DNA of 64,000 nt, from positions 5,084,001-5,148,000 of the forward strand of contig OZ059894.1 of NCBI GenBank assembly GCA_964057225.1, read 5' to 3'. Of this stretch, positions 22,379 to 32,600 are shown piece by piece. Position 1 is the stretch's first letter. The number at the start of each line of letters is the position of its first letter. The notes below the pieces were generated by a model, which saw only the letters and a list, made by a program, of their open reading frames with translations, was not told the DNA's origin and searched no databases. The position numbers and the translations under genes are program-made. The DNA is from Auanema rhodensis (taxonomy: Eukaryota > Animalia > Nematoda).

Positions 22379-25234
22379 TTAAAAATCATTTAAAATAACA
22401 GATAGGTGTTTTCTGAAGCTGGAGGTGTTTCTCAGTTGAATGATGTTTTCAGGAAGAGCGTTCCAGATTTGAATAGCTCTGTATTCAATTCCAGTTCTTG
22501 TTTCGCTTCTCCAAAGATCAGGATATTCAACATTCCATAGATGCCTACGAAGTGAATGTGCGTAGTGCTTGATAGTAAAAAAATTAAGGCTGTTTTCTGG
22601 AATGTTTTTAGTTATCTGATTGTGATAGAAGACGAGATCAATTAACAGTCTTCTAAAAGATAGTTCCTTAGCTCCAAGAAACAATAGCTGGTTTTTGTAA
22701 TCCAAAGCTATTTCGGCTCTCTTAAAAATAGCGTTCAAGAACTTTTTTTGTACGGACTCAATGCGTGCTTTATCTTTGTTATTTTGAGGGGACCATACAA
22801 CTGAGGCATATTCTAAAATAGGCCTGATATAGCAGCAAAACAGTTTAAACATCAAGGTAGGTGATCTTGAGTAAAAACAACGCAAGATAACACGACATTT
22901 GTGAGCAGCGATGTTAGAGATTCTATTTATATGGCTATTGAAAGAAAGATTATAGTCAGTACATACACCAAGATCTTTGTACGTTGTTACTGTGGCTAAC
23001 GAGATGTCGCCAAATTTGAAAATTGTGTTTAATCTTGATGTAGTAGTACTAGATATAATCATAACTTTAGATTTAGTAGTATTTACCTTCATACCGTTTA
23101 ATAGACACCAGTTTTTCAGGTTATCCAAGGCCAATTGTAAACTTACAGGATTAGTGCTGCTTAGTTTAAGATCATCCGCATAGAGAGTTGGATGCACGTC
23201 ATCGGGTAAGTTTGATGTGATGTCATTTATGTAAAATAGAAAAAGAAGTGGACCCAGAACTGTCCCTTGTGGAACTCCACAGGGCAAACGATTTGTGGCG
23301 GATAGAGAATAATTAACCAATACCGAGAAGGATCTATCAGTAATGAAATTTTTGAGAAAGGAGTGAATACAGCCGTCGATACCAATTGATTTTAGTTTAG
23401 TTAAAAGAACAGAATGATTTATAAGATCGAAAGCCTTGGAGAAGTCAATGAAGGCAACATAAACAGGTCTTTTCTTGTCCACTGAAGATCTCCAGAGTAC
23501 ATGACTACTAAGAATTGCCGATACAGTATTGCGTTTTGGAAGAAAAGCAAACTGATTAGGTGAAATACAGCCGGAGGAAATACCAAAATCAAGAAGAGGT
23601 GAACGGAGAAGACGTTCAAAAACTTTAGACAGACTGGATGTGAGAGAAATAGGGCGATAATTAACCGGGTTTGAAGAAAGCCCTGATTTGAGAACAGGAC
23701 GAATCCATGCTGTTTTCCAGTCAGCAGGGCAAGAGGAAGAAATAAGAAGATTGTGAAAGACAAAGGCTAGAGGCTGAGAAATAGTAGAAGCACAGTTTTT
23801 TAGGAAAAAATAAGGAATTCCGTCCGGAGAGGTTGATACCCGGAGAGGTAACTGACAGAGAATTTTGTAGACGTTGAGAGGGGAAACATCAATAAAATCG
23901 ATGATACCAGAAGAAGGGGAAACAGGAGCATGTGCTGAAGAGATAGAAAGAGGGTGGACAGAGAAGGTACTGGCAAAGATAGAAGCTTTGTCAGAATCAG
24001 ACGAGACAGAATTATTATCTATTTTGAGATCAGGGATATCTGAAGTGTTGCCGCCCAGACGAGTTCTGCAGAAACGGTAAAAAAGTTTTGAATTGTTATA
24101 GTTAGCAATACGTTCCTCTTCAGAAGCCAATATATTCTTGATGAGTTTATCAAGGGAAAGAGATAGTTTTTTACGGCGGGATTCATCATGATGATGATAA
24201 GAGGAACTAAGTTTGTTTATGTGAGAAGAGAGTTTTAAAATATCTCGGTCAATCTTCTTTTTTCTTCTTTCTTGTTTCCTGGGTACGCAGCAATCAATGA
24301 CCGAGTGAAGAATGTGAATAAATTTGGAATAAGAGTCTAAAGGAGTGAGACCGGAAAGATGACTAGCAAAATCAATGTTGGCTAGTCTATGGTTGATGAG
24401 GTTGTAATCGGCAGCTTGAAAATTACGATTAGAAAACATAGGAAGTGTTGCTGGGGAAGAAATATCGGAAGAGTTGATTGCAGTAGCTAGCTGAGAAGTG
24501 TCTGAAACAATATGGAAGACAACAGAATGATGATCCGAGGAACCGAGGGGAGAAGAACGAGCTATGTTGACTACACTAGATATGTTATCCGTGATAACAT
24601 AATCGAGAATGTTCTTGCCTCTGGTAGGGAACTTTACTAACTGATAAGAACAGCAGTCATTGAGAAATTGAAGAATAGATTTACTAGAGGAGCAAGGTTG
24701 TGAGCAAATACCGAGATCCCAATTAATTTTAGGGAAATTAAGATCGCCTGTTAGAAAGAACGATCGTCTAGAAATTTGTTTACGAAGATCAGAAAGAAAA
24801 AGAATGAAATCTGAATGAGACGCTGTTGGAGGACGATAACACAATGAAAAAACAGCATTGAGTGAAGGAATGAGTAAGTTAATAAATTGTATGGAAGATT
24901 GAGGGGAAGAGCAGGAAAGGAGACAGACTTTGACATGACTTTTCACATAGAGGACAACGCCACCACCACGTGAAAGACACCTATCGGCTCTAAAAATAGA
25001 GTAAGTATCTTTGCACGGGAGTAGGTAGGAATCGAACTCTGGAAAAAGCCAAGATTCTGATATAGCAATTATATCAGGAGAGGATAGGGAAATAACATGA
25101 GATAGTGAATGAAGTTTGTTTAGGATGGATCGTGCATTAAAACACTGAACTGAGAAGCTGGTAGGGTTAGCAGAGACAAGAGGGGTTGAGGACGAGACAA
25201 TGTTAACGAAAGGACATTTTGTCAGACGCGACAC
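22379..25234 (-). CDS. LINE ORF2: AP-like endonuclease plus reverse transcriptase (true start uncertain; frame open from 25249, no AUG until codon 266)
   Basis: APE motifs FNARS, ISESW, GGGV, YRPP, GDLN, ILDYV, SDH. RT motifs NYRPISLTS, QFAF, DFSKAFD, GVPQGTVLGPLLF, YADD, KDLGV. CR1/L2-type C-terminus RPILEYASVVWSP...IESVQ...WNALP. No RNase H or CCHC finger evident. The track start is GTG, not ATG. Confidence 0.95.
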   Translation of the reverse strand: MSRLTKCPFVNIVSSSTPLVSANPTSFSVQCFNARSILNKLHSLSHVISLSSPDIIAISESWLFPEFDSYLLPCKDTYSIFRADRCLSRGGGVVLYVKSHVKVCLLSCSSPQSSIQFINLLIPSLNAVFSLCYRPPTASHSDFILFLSDLRKQISRRSFFLTGDLNFPKINWDLGICSQPCSSSKSILQFLNDCCSYQLVKFPTRGKNILDYVITDNISSVVNIARSSPLGSSDHHSVVFHIVSDTSQLATAINSSDISSPATLPMFSNRNFQAADYNLINHRLANIDFASHLSGLTPLDSYSKFIHILHSVIDCCVPRKQERRKKKIDRDILKLSSHINKLSSSYHHHDESRRKKLSLSLDKLIKNILASEEERIANYNNSKLFYRFCRTRLGGNTSDIPDLKIDNNSVSSDSDKASIFASTFSVHPLSISSAHAPVSPSSGIIDFIDVSPLNVYKILCQLPLRVSTSPDGIPYFFLKNCASTISQPLAFVFHNLLISSSCPADWKTAWIRPVLKSGLSSNPVNYRPISLTSSLSKVFERLLRSPLLDFGISSGCISPNQFAFLPKRNTVSAILSSHVLWRSSVDKKRPVYVAFIDFSKAFDLINHSVLLTKLKSIGIDGCIHSFLKNFITDRSFSVLVNYSLSATNRLPCGVPQGTVLGPLLFLFYINDITSNLPDDVHPTLYADDLKLSSTNPVSLQLALDNLKNWCLLNGMKVNTTKSKVMIISSTTTSRLNTIFKFGDISLATVTTYKDLGVCTDYNLSFNSHINRISNIAAHKCRVILRCFYSRSPTLMFKLFCCYIRPILEYASVVWSPQNNKDKARIESVQKKFLNAIFKRAEIALDYKNQLLFLGAKELSFRRLLIDLVFYHNQITKNIPENSLNFFTIKHYAHSLRRHLWNVEYPDLWRSETRTGIEYRAIQIWNALPENIIQLRNTSSFRKHLSVILNDF
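25203..25214 (-). promoter_or_regulatory. Candidate +1 programmed ribosomal frameshift site UCC_UUU_CGU followed by the ORF1 stop UAA
   Basis: Plus strand ttaacgaaagga = minus strand TCC TTT CGT TAA in the ORF1 frame. A +1 slip (UUU to UUC) enters the ORF2 frame (TTC GTT AAC ATT = F V N I). Confidence 0.65.
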
Positions 25235-26270
25235 GTTGAGATGCAGGGTTCATGCTAACAGACCTGGTTATTTGATCTGAGGTTAACTTTGCAGATCGTG
25301 GTGGATTTTTGCGTCGTCTTGGGCTAACAGAAGAACGTTTATCTTTCGACGTGCGATTCTGTCTATCCTTCGATCGGCTTAATCTACCAGATTTACAAGG
25401 GGGGCTAGATAAAAGAATTGGAGACGTGAGTGTTTGAGAGTGTGGTGTTAATAAAGGAGCAGTGTGAAGGCATGGTGATTTGGGAGTTTGGTTACAAGCA
25501 GGGACAGGAGCTATTTGGGAATTTGGAGAATCGGTCGAATTACGGAAAACTTCAATGAGTCGGAGATCTCGTACCAAAAAGACGGACTTAGTGTTGTTTT
25601 TATTTTTTTCTTTAGCTTCCTCACGAAGGTTCTTTTCCAGTTGAATTTCAAAAGGAAGATAGTCGCGACGTATGAAAGTTTTGGATAAAGATTCAAAACA
25701 TTTAGTTTTATTCGTTTTGATAGATGTCATAATTTTATCACGCAATTCAACCGATGGACACGTGATGATGAGTGGACCGGGAGATTTAGATTTGAGGATA
25801 CAGCGTGCAATAGTTATTTGATTAGTATTGATCAGACTAGACAAAGTAGCGTCGTTGGATTTTTCAATGACCAGTTTAAGTAAAGAAGTAGGGTCAGAAG
25901 GTAAATCCGAGGAAGAGACCGGTACACGGAACCAGAGTGCTCTCTTACATCGATAATCATACTTTGTCTCTTCTGATCTAATTTTTTGAATTTGACATGC
26001 AACATTGGAGGAAGAGAGCAAAGAGGGTGAATTTGAGAGTGTGTTAGTACTGGTGAGAGAAAGTTGAGCTAACTTTTTCTCTAACTTTTCGAAACGAGAT
26101 TTGAAATCGGTTTCTATAAAAGTTATACGGGAGTCATGCTTTGCAACTGCGGTTTTAATACTACTGAGCTCATTTTTTATTTGTACTGATAATTCAGCAA
26201 AAGAATTATGTAGGGAGTCAGAAAGTGATTCGAGAGCAGTAGTAAGAAACTCGTTAGTTACGGGAGACAT
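25203..26270 (-). CDS. LINE ORF1 protein (putative coiled-coil nucleic-acid-binding chaperone)
   Basis: 355-aa ORF from the first AUG of the element, directly upstream of and overlapping ORF2. N-terminal heptad-like region (...FEKLEKKLAQL), a central segment ending RRDY...LREEAKEKN...VRDLRL, and a basic Ser/Pro/Arg-rich tail. Confidence 0.85.
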   Translation of the reverse strand: MSPVTNEFLTTALESLSDSLHNSFAELSVQIKNELSSIKTAVAKHDSRITFIETDFKSRFEKLEKKLAQLSLTSTNTLSNSPSLLSSSNVACQIQKIRSEETKYDYRCKRALWFRVPVSSSDLPSDPTSLLKLVIEKSNDATLSSLINTNQITIARCILKSKSPGPLIITCPSVELRDKIMTSIKTNKTKCFESLSKTFIRRDYLPFEIQLEKNLREEAKEKNKNNTKSVFLVRDLRLIEVFRNSTDSPNSQIAPVPACNQTPKSPCLHTAPLLTPHSQTLTSPILLSSPPCKSGRLSRSKDRQNRTSKDKRSSVSPRRRKNPPRSAKLTSDQITRSVSMNPASQRVASDKMSFR

Positions 26271-26295
26271 AGTTAAGTGAAAGAGCAGAGAAAAT

Positions 26296-26320
26296 AAAAA
26301 AAAAATATATATATATATAT
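26296..26320. repeat. A-run plus (AT)8 microsatellite in the LINE 5' UTR
   Basis: Direct reading: aaaaaaaaa atatatatatatatat. Confidence 0.8.
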
Positions 26321-26343
26321 GAAATAACAGGAAGAAAAGAAAA

Positions 26344-26418
26344 GAGAAGAAGAAAGTTGAAGAAAGATAAAAAAAAGAGAAGAAGAAAGTTGAAGAAAGA
26401 TAAAAAAAAGAGAAGAAG
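26344..26418 (-). repeat. 33-bp tandem duplication (about 2.3 copies) in the pyrimidine-rich LINE 5' UTR
   Basis: gagaagaagaaagttgaagaaagataaaaaaaa at 26344 and 26377, partial copy at 26410. Confidence 0.85.
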
Positions 26419-26505
26419 GAAAAAAAAAAGAGAGCGTACCTTGCAAAACCAGTCCGGCGTTATGGGATACAGAGAGACACGAGCAGGAGTCGACAATCGC
26501 GGAAT

Positions 26506-26647
26506 GAGGTCAAATCGCGGAGAGAGGTCAAATCGCGGAGAGAGGTCAAATCGCGGAGAGAGGTCAAATCGCGGAGAGAGGTCAAATCGCGGAGAGAGGT
26601 CAAATCGCGGAGAGGTCAAATCGCGGAGAGAGGTCAAATCGCGGAGA
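26506..26647 (-). repeat. 18-bp tandem repeat x8 forming the LINE 5' terminus (gaggtcaaatcgcggaga on plus)
   Basis: Units start at 26506, 26524, 26542, 26560, 26578, 26596 (16 bp), 26612 and 26630; a degenerate partial unit lies at about 26489-26505. Confidence 0.93.
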
Positions 26648-26648
26648 A

Positions 26649-29600
26649 GTGATGTGCACTTGGTATGTAACTCGCTTCACGTGAAAGATAAAGAGATGCG
26701 GTTTTCAAAATTAGACTCTTCATGTCCATATTAGTCTAAAAACGAATTTTTATTGATATTGATGCATGGTAACCATGACTTTGAAATTTACGTGAACTTT
26801 AATTTATGCTTATTAAGTGTACACGTGATGTGCACTTGGTATGTAACTCGCTTCACGTGAAAGATAAAGAGATGCGGTTTTCAAAATTAGACTCTTCATG
26901 TCCATATTAGTCTAAAAACGAATTTTTATTGATATTGATGCATGGTAACCATGACTTTGAAATTTACGTGAACTTTAATTTATGCTTATTAAGTGTACAC
27001 GTGATGTGCACTTGGTATGTAACTCGCTTCACGTGAAAGATAAAGGGATGCGGTTTTCAAAATTAGATTCCTCATGTCCATATTAGTCTAAAAACAAATT
27101 TTTGTTGATATTGGTGGATGGTAACCATGACTTTCAAATTTACGTGAACTTTAATTTATGCTAATTAAGTGTACACGTGATGTGCACTTGGTATGTAACT
27201 CGCTTCAAGTGAAAGATAAAGAGATGCGGTTTTCAAAATTAGATTTCGCATGTCCATATTAGTCTAAAAACAAATTTTTATTGATATTGGTGCATGGTAA
27301 CCATGACTTTAAAATTTACGTGAACTTTAATTTATGCTAATTAAGTGTACACATGATGTGCACTTGGTATGTAACTCGCTTCACGTCAAAGATAAAGAGA
27401 TGCGGTTTTCAAAATTAGATTCCCCATGTCCATATTAGTCTAAAAACAAATTTTTATTGATATTGGTGCATGGTAACCATGACTTTGAAATTTACGTGAA
27501 CTTTAATTTATGCTAATTAAGTGTACACGTGATGTGCACTTGGTATGTAACTCGCTTCACGTGAAAGATGAAGAGATGCGGTTTTCAAAATTAGATTTCG
27601 CATGTCCATATTAGTCTAAAAACGAATTTTTATTGATATTGATGCATGGTAACCATGACTTTGAAATTTACGTGAACTTTAATTTATGCTAATTAAGTGT
27701 ACACGTGATGTGCACTTGGTATGTAACTCGCTTCACGTGGAAGATAAAGGGATGCGGTTTTCAAAATTAGATTCCCCATGTCCATATTAGTCTAAAAACA
27801 AATTTTTATTGATATTGGTGCATGGTAACCATGACTTTAAAATTTACGTGAACTTTAATTTATGCTAATTAAGTGTACACATGATGTGCACTTGGTATGT
27901 AACTCGCTTCACGTGAAAGATAAAGAGATGCGGTTTTCAAAATTAGATTCCTCATGTCCATATCAGTCTAAAAACAAATTTTTGTTGATATTGGTGGATG
28001 GTAACCATGACTTTCAAATTTACGTGAACTTCAATTTATGCTAATTAAGTGTACACGTGATGTGCACTTGGTATGTAACTCGCTTCAATTTAAAGATAAA
28101 GAGATGCGGTTTTCAAAATTAGATTTCGCATGTCCATATTAGTCTAAAAACAAATTTTTATTGATATTGGTGCATGGTAACCATGACTTTAAAATTTACG
28201 TGAACTTTAATTTATGCTAATTAAGTGAACACATGATGTGCACTTGGTATGTAACTCGCTTCACGTGAAAGATAAAGAGATGCGGTTTTCAAAATTAGAT
28301 TCCTCATGTCCATATTAGTCTAAAAACGAATTTTTATTGATATTGATGCATGGTAACCATGACTTTGAAATTTACGTGAACTTTAATTTATGCTAATTAA
28401 GTGTACACATGATGTGCACTTGGTATGTAACTCGCTTCACGTGAAAGATAAAGAGATGCGGTTTTCAAAATTAGATTTCGCATGTCCATATTAGTCTAAA
28501 AACAAATTTTTATTGATATTGGTGCATGGTAACCATGACTTTAAAATTTACGTGAACTTTAATTTATGCTAATTAAGTGAACACATGATGTGCACTTGGT
28601 ATGTAACTCGCTTCACGTGAAAGATGAAGAGATGCGGTTTCCAAAATTAGATTCCTCATGTCCATATTAGTCTAAAAACGAATTTTATTGATATTGATGC
28701 ATGGTAACCATGACTTTGAAATTTACGTGAACTTCAATTTATGCTTAATAAGTGTACACGTGATGTGCACTTGGTATGTAACTCGCTTCACGTGAAAGAT
28801 AAAGAGATGCGGTTTTCAAAATTAGATTCTTCATGTCCATATTAGTCTAAAAACGAATTTTTATTGATATTGATGCATGGTAACCATGACTTTGAAATTT
28901 ACGTGAACTTTAATTTATGCTTATTAAATGTACACGTGATGTGCACTTGGTATGTAACTCGCTTCACGTGAAAGATAAAGGGATGCGGTTTTCAAAATTA
29001 GATTCCTCATGTCCATATTAGACTAAAAACAAATTTTTGTTGATATTGGTGGATGGTAACCATGACTTTCAAATTTACGTGTACTTCAATTTATGCTAAT
29101 TAAGTGTACACGTGATGTGCACTTGGTATGTAACTCGCTTCACGTCAAAGATAAAGAGATGCGGTTTTCAAAATTAGATTCCCGATGTCCATATTAGTCT
29201 AAAAACAAATTTTTGTTGATATTGGTGGATGGTAACCATGACTTTCAAATTTACGTGAACTTTAATTTATGCTAATTAAGTGTACACGTGATGTGCACTT
29301 GGTACGTAATTCGCTTCAAGTCAAAGATAAAGAGATGCGGTTTTCAAAATTAGATTTTCCATGTCCATATTAGTCTAAAAACAATTTTTTATTAATATTG
29401 GTGCATGGTAACCATGACTTTAAAATTTACGTGAACTTTAATTTATGCTAATTAAGTGTACACGTGATGTGCACTTGGTATGTAACTCGCTTCAAGTGAA
29501 AGATAAAGAGATGCGGTTTTCAAAATTAGATTTCGCATGTCCATATTAGTCTAAAAACAAATTTTTATTGATATTGGTGCATGGTAACCATGACTTTAAA

Positions 29601-32600
29601 ATTTACGTGAACTTTAATTTATGCTAATTAAGTGAACACATGATGTGCACTTGGTATGTAACTCGCTTCACGTGAAAGATAAAGAGATGCGGTTTTCAAA
29701 ATTAGATTCCTCATGTCCATATTAGTCTAAAAACGAATTTTTATTGATATTGATGCATGGTAACCATGACTTTGAAATTTACGTGAACTTTAATTTATGC
29801 TTATTAAGTGTACACGTGATGTGCACTTGGTATGTAACTCGCTTCACGTGAAAGATAAAGGGATGCGGTTTCCAAAATTAGATTCCTCATGTCCATATTA
29901 GTCTAAAAACAAATTTTTGTTGATATTGGTGGATGGTAACCATGACTTTCAAATTTACGTGTACTTCAATTTATGCTAATTAAGTGTACACGTGATGTGC
30001 ACTTGGTATGTAACTCGCTTCACGTCAAAGATAAAGAGATGCGGTTTTCAAAATTAGATTCCCGATGTCCATATTAGTCTAAAAACAAATTTTTATTGAT
30101 ATTGGTGCATGGTAACCATGACTTTGAAATTTACGTGAACTTTAATTTATGCTAATTAAGTGTACACGTGATGTGCACTTGGTATGTAACTCGCTTCACG
30201 TCAAAGATAAAGAGATGCGGTTTTCAAAATTAGATTCCCGATGTCCATATTAGTCTAAAAACAAATTTTTGTTGATATTGGTGGATGGTAACCATGACTT
30301 TCAAATTTACGTGAACTTCAATTTATGCTAATTAAGTGTACACGTGATGTGCACTTGGTACGTAATTCGCTTCAAGTCAAAGATAAAGAGATGCGGTTTT
30401 CAAAATTAGATTTCCCATGTCCATATTAGTCTAAAAACAAATTTTTATTAATATTGGTGCATGGTAACCATGACTTTAAAATTTACGTGAACTTTAATTT
30501 ATGCTAATTAAGTGTACACGTGATGTGCACTTGGTATGTAACTCGCTTCAAGTGAAAGATAAAGAGATGCGGTTTTCAAAATTAGATTTCGCATGTCCAT
30601 ATTAGTCTAAAAACAAATTTTTATTGATATTGGTGCATGGTAACCATGACTTTAAAATTTACGTGAACTTTAATTTATGCTAATTAAGTGAACACATGAT
30701 GTGCACTTGGTATGTAACTCGCTTCACGTGAAAGATGAAGAGATGCGGTTTCCAAAATTAGATTCCTCATGTCCATATTAGTCTAAAAACAAATTTTTGT
30801 TGATATTGGTGGATGGTAACCATGACTTTCAAATTTACGTGAACTTTAATTTATGCTAATTAAGTGTACACATGATGTGCACTTGGTATGTAACTCGCTT
30901 CACGTCAAAGATAAAGAGATGCGGTTTTCAAAATTAGATTCCCCATGTCCATATTAGTCTAAAAACAAATTTTTATTAATATTGGTGCATGGTAACCATG
31001 ACTTTAAAATTTACGTGAACTTTAATTTATGCTAATTAAGTGTACACGTGATGTGCACTTGGTATGTAACTCGCTTCAAGTGAAAGATAAAGAGATGCGG
31101 TTTTCAAAATTAGATTCCCGTTGTCCATATTAGTCTAAAAACAAATTTTTGTTGATATTGGTGGATGGTAACCATGACTTTCAAATTTACGTGAACTTCA
31201 ATTTATGCTAATTAAGTGTACACGTGATGTGCACTTGGTACGTAATTCGCTTCAAGTCAAAGATAAAGAGATGCGGTTTTCAAAATTAGATTTCCCATGT
31301 CCATATTAGTCTAAAAACAAATTTTTATTAATATTGGTGCATGGTAACCATGACTTTAAAATTTACGTGAACTTTAATTTATGCTAATTAAGTGTACACG
31401 TGATGTGCACTTGGTATGTAACTCGCTTCAAGTGAAAGATAAAGAGATGCGGTTTTCAAAATTAGATTTCGCATGTCCATATTAGTCTAAAAACAAATTT
31501 TTATTAATATTGGTGCATGGTAACCATGACTTTAAAATTTACGTGAACTTTAATTTATGCTAATTAAGTGTACACGTGATGTGCACTTGGTATGTAATTC
31601 GCTTCAAGTCAAAGATAAAGAGATGCGGTTTTCAAAATTAGATTTCCCATGTCCATATTAGTCTAAAAACAAATTTTTATTAATATTGGTGCATGGTAAC
31701 CATGACTTTAAAATTTACGTGAACTTTAATTTATGCTAATTAAGTGAACACATGATGTGCACTTGGTATGTAACTCGCTTCACGTGAAAGATGAAGAGAT
31801 GCGGTTTCCAAAATTAGATTCCTCATGTCCATATTAGTCTAAAAACAAATTTTTGTTGATATTGGTGGATGGTAACCATGACTTTCAAATTTACGTGAAC
31901 TTTAATTTATGCTAATTAAGTGTACACATGATGTGCACTTGGTATGTAACTCGCTTCACGTCAAAGATAAAGAGATGCGGTTTTCAAAATTAGATTCCCC
32001 ATGTCCATATTAGTCTAAAAACAAATTTTTATTAATATTGGTGCATGGTAACCATGACTTTAAAATTTACGTGAACTTTAATTTATGCTAATTAAGTGTA
32101 CACGTGATGTGCACTTGGTATGTAACTCGCTTCAAGTGAAAGATAAAGAGATGCGGTTTTCAAAATTAGATTCCCGATGTCCATATTAGTCTAAAAACAA
32201 ATTTTTGTTGATATTGGTGGATGGTAACCATGACTTTCAAATTTACGTGAACTTCAATTTATGCTAATTAAGTGTACACGTGATGTGCACTTGGTACGTA
32301 ATTCGCTTCAAGTCAAAGATAAAGAGATGCGGTTTTCAAAATTAGATTTCCCATGTCCATATTAGTCTAAAAACAAATTTTTATTAATATTGGTGCATGG
32401 TAACCATGACTTTAAAATTTACGTGAACTTTAATTTATGCTAATTAAGTGTACACGTGATGTGCACTTGGTATGTAACTCGCTTCAAGTGAAAGATAAAG
32501 AGATGCGGTTTTCAAAATTAGATTTCGCATGTCCATATTAGTCTAAAAACAAATTTTTATTGATATTGGTGCATGGTAACCATGACTTTAAAATTTACGT

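Larger units (their letters stand above)
21893..26648 (-). mobile_element. Apparently full-length, intact non-LTR retrotransposon (LINE, CR1/L2 group), about 4.76 kb
   Basis: Unique sequence interrupting the 176-bp satellite in register (left flank ends tacacGT at 21892, right flank resumes GTgatgtgcac at 26649). It has two uninterrupted ORFs (ORF1; APE+RT ORF2), a 5' UTR with tandem repeats, and a 3' UTR of about 486 nt with AATAAA near the end. No LTRs or TIRs. Confidence 0.95.

Noticed and set aside
25232-25234. GTG start assigned to ORF2 by the ORF track
   Set aside because: It reflects a prokaryotic-style start-codon set. Non-AUG initiation is not excluded, but nothing in the sequence specifically supports this codon.
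22379-25234. RT as a bacterial retron, group II intron, DGR or CRISPR-associated RT
   Set aside because: The N-terminal APE endonuclease, the upstream ORF1 and the CR1/L2-type C-terminal motifs identify a non-LTR retrotransposon.
21854-25696. Short ORFs overlapping LINE ORF1, ORF2 and the 3' UTR (21854, 22977, 23419, 23874, 24751, 25488, 25511)
   Set aside because: Short alternative-frame or antisense shadows of the real ORFs, with no recognisable motifs.
26271-26445. Possible intron in the LINE 5' UTR (sense AAG|GTACGC at about 26439 followed by a long pyrimidine tract)
   Set aside because: There is no AG acceptor on the sense strand between this donor-like site and the ORF1 AUG, so it is unsupported without RNA data.
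26254-26734. 127-aa (-) and 125-aa (+) ORFs with SPRFDL / SNRGER repeats and poly-Lys/Phe tracts
   Set aside because: These are translations of the 18-bp and 33-bp repeats (lengths divisible by 3) with non-AUG starts; the plus-strand one runs out into satellite.
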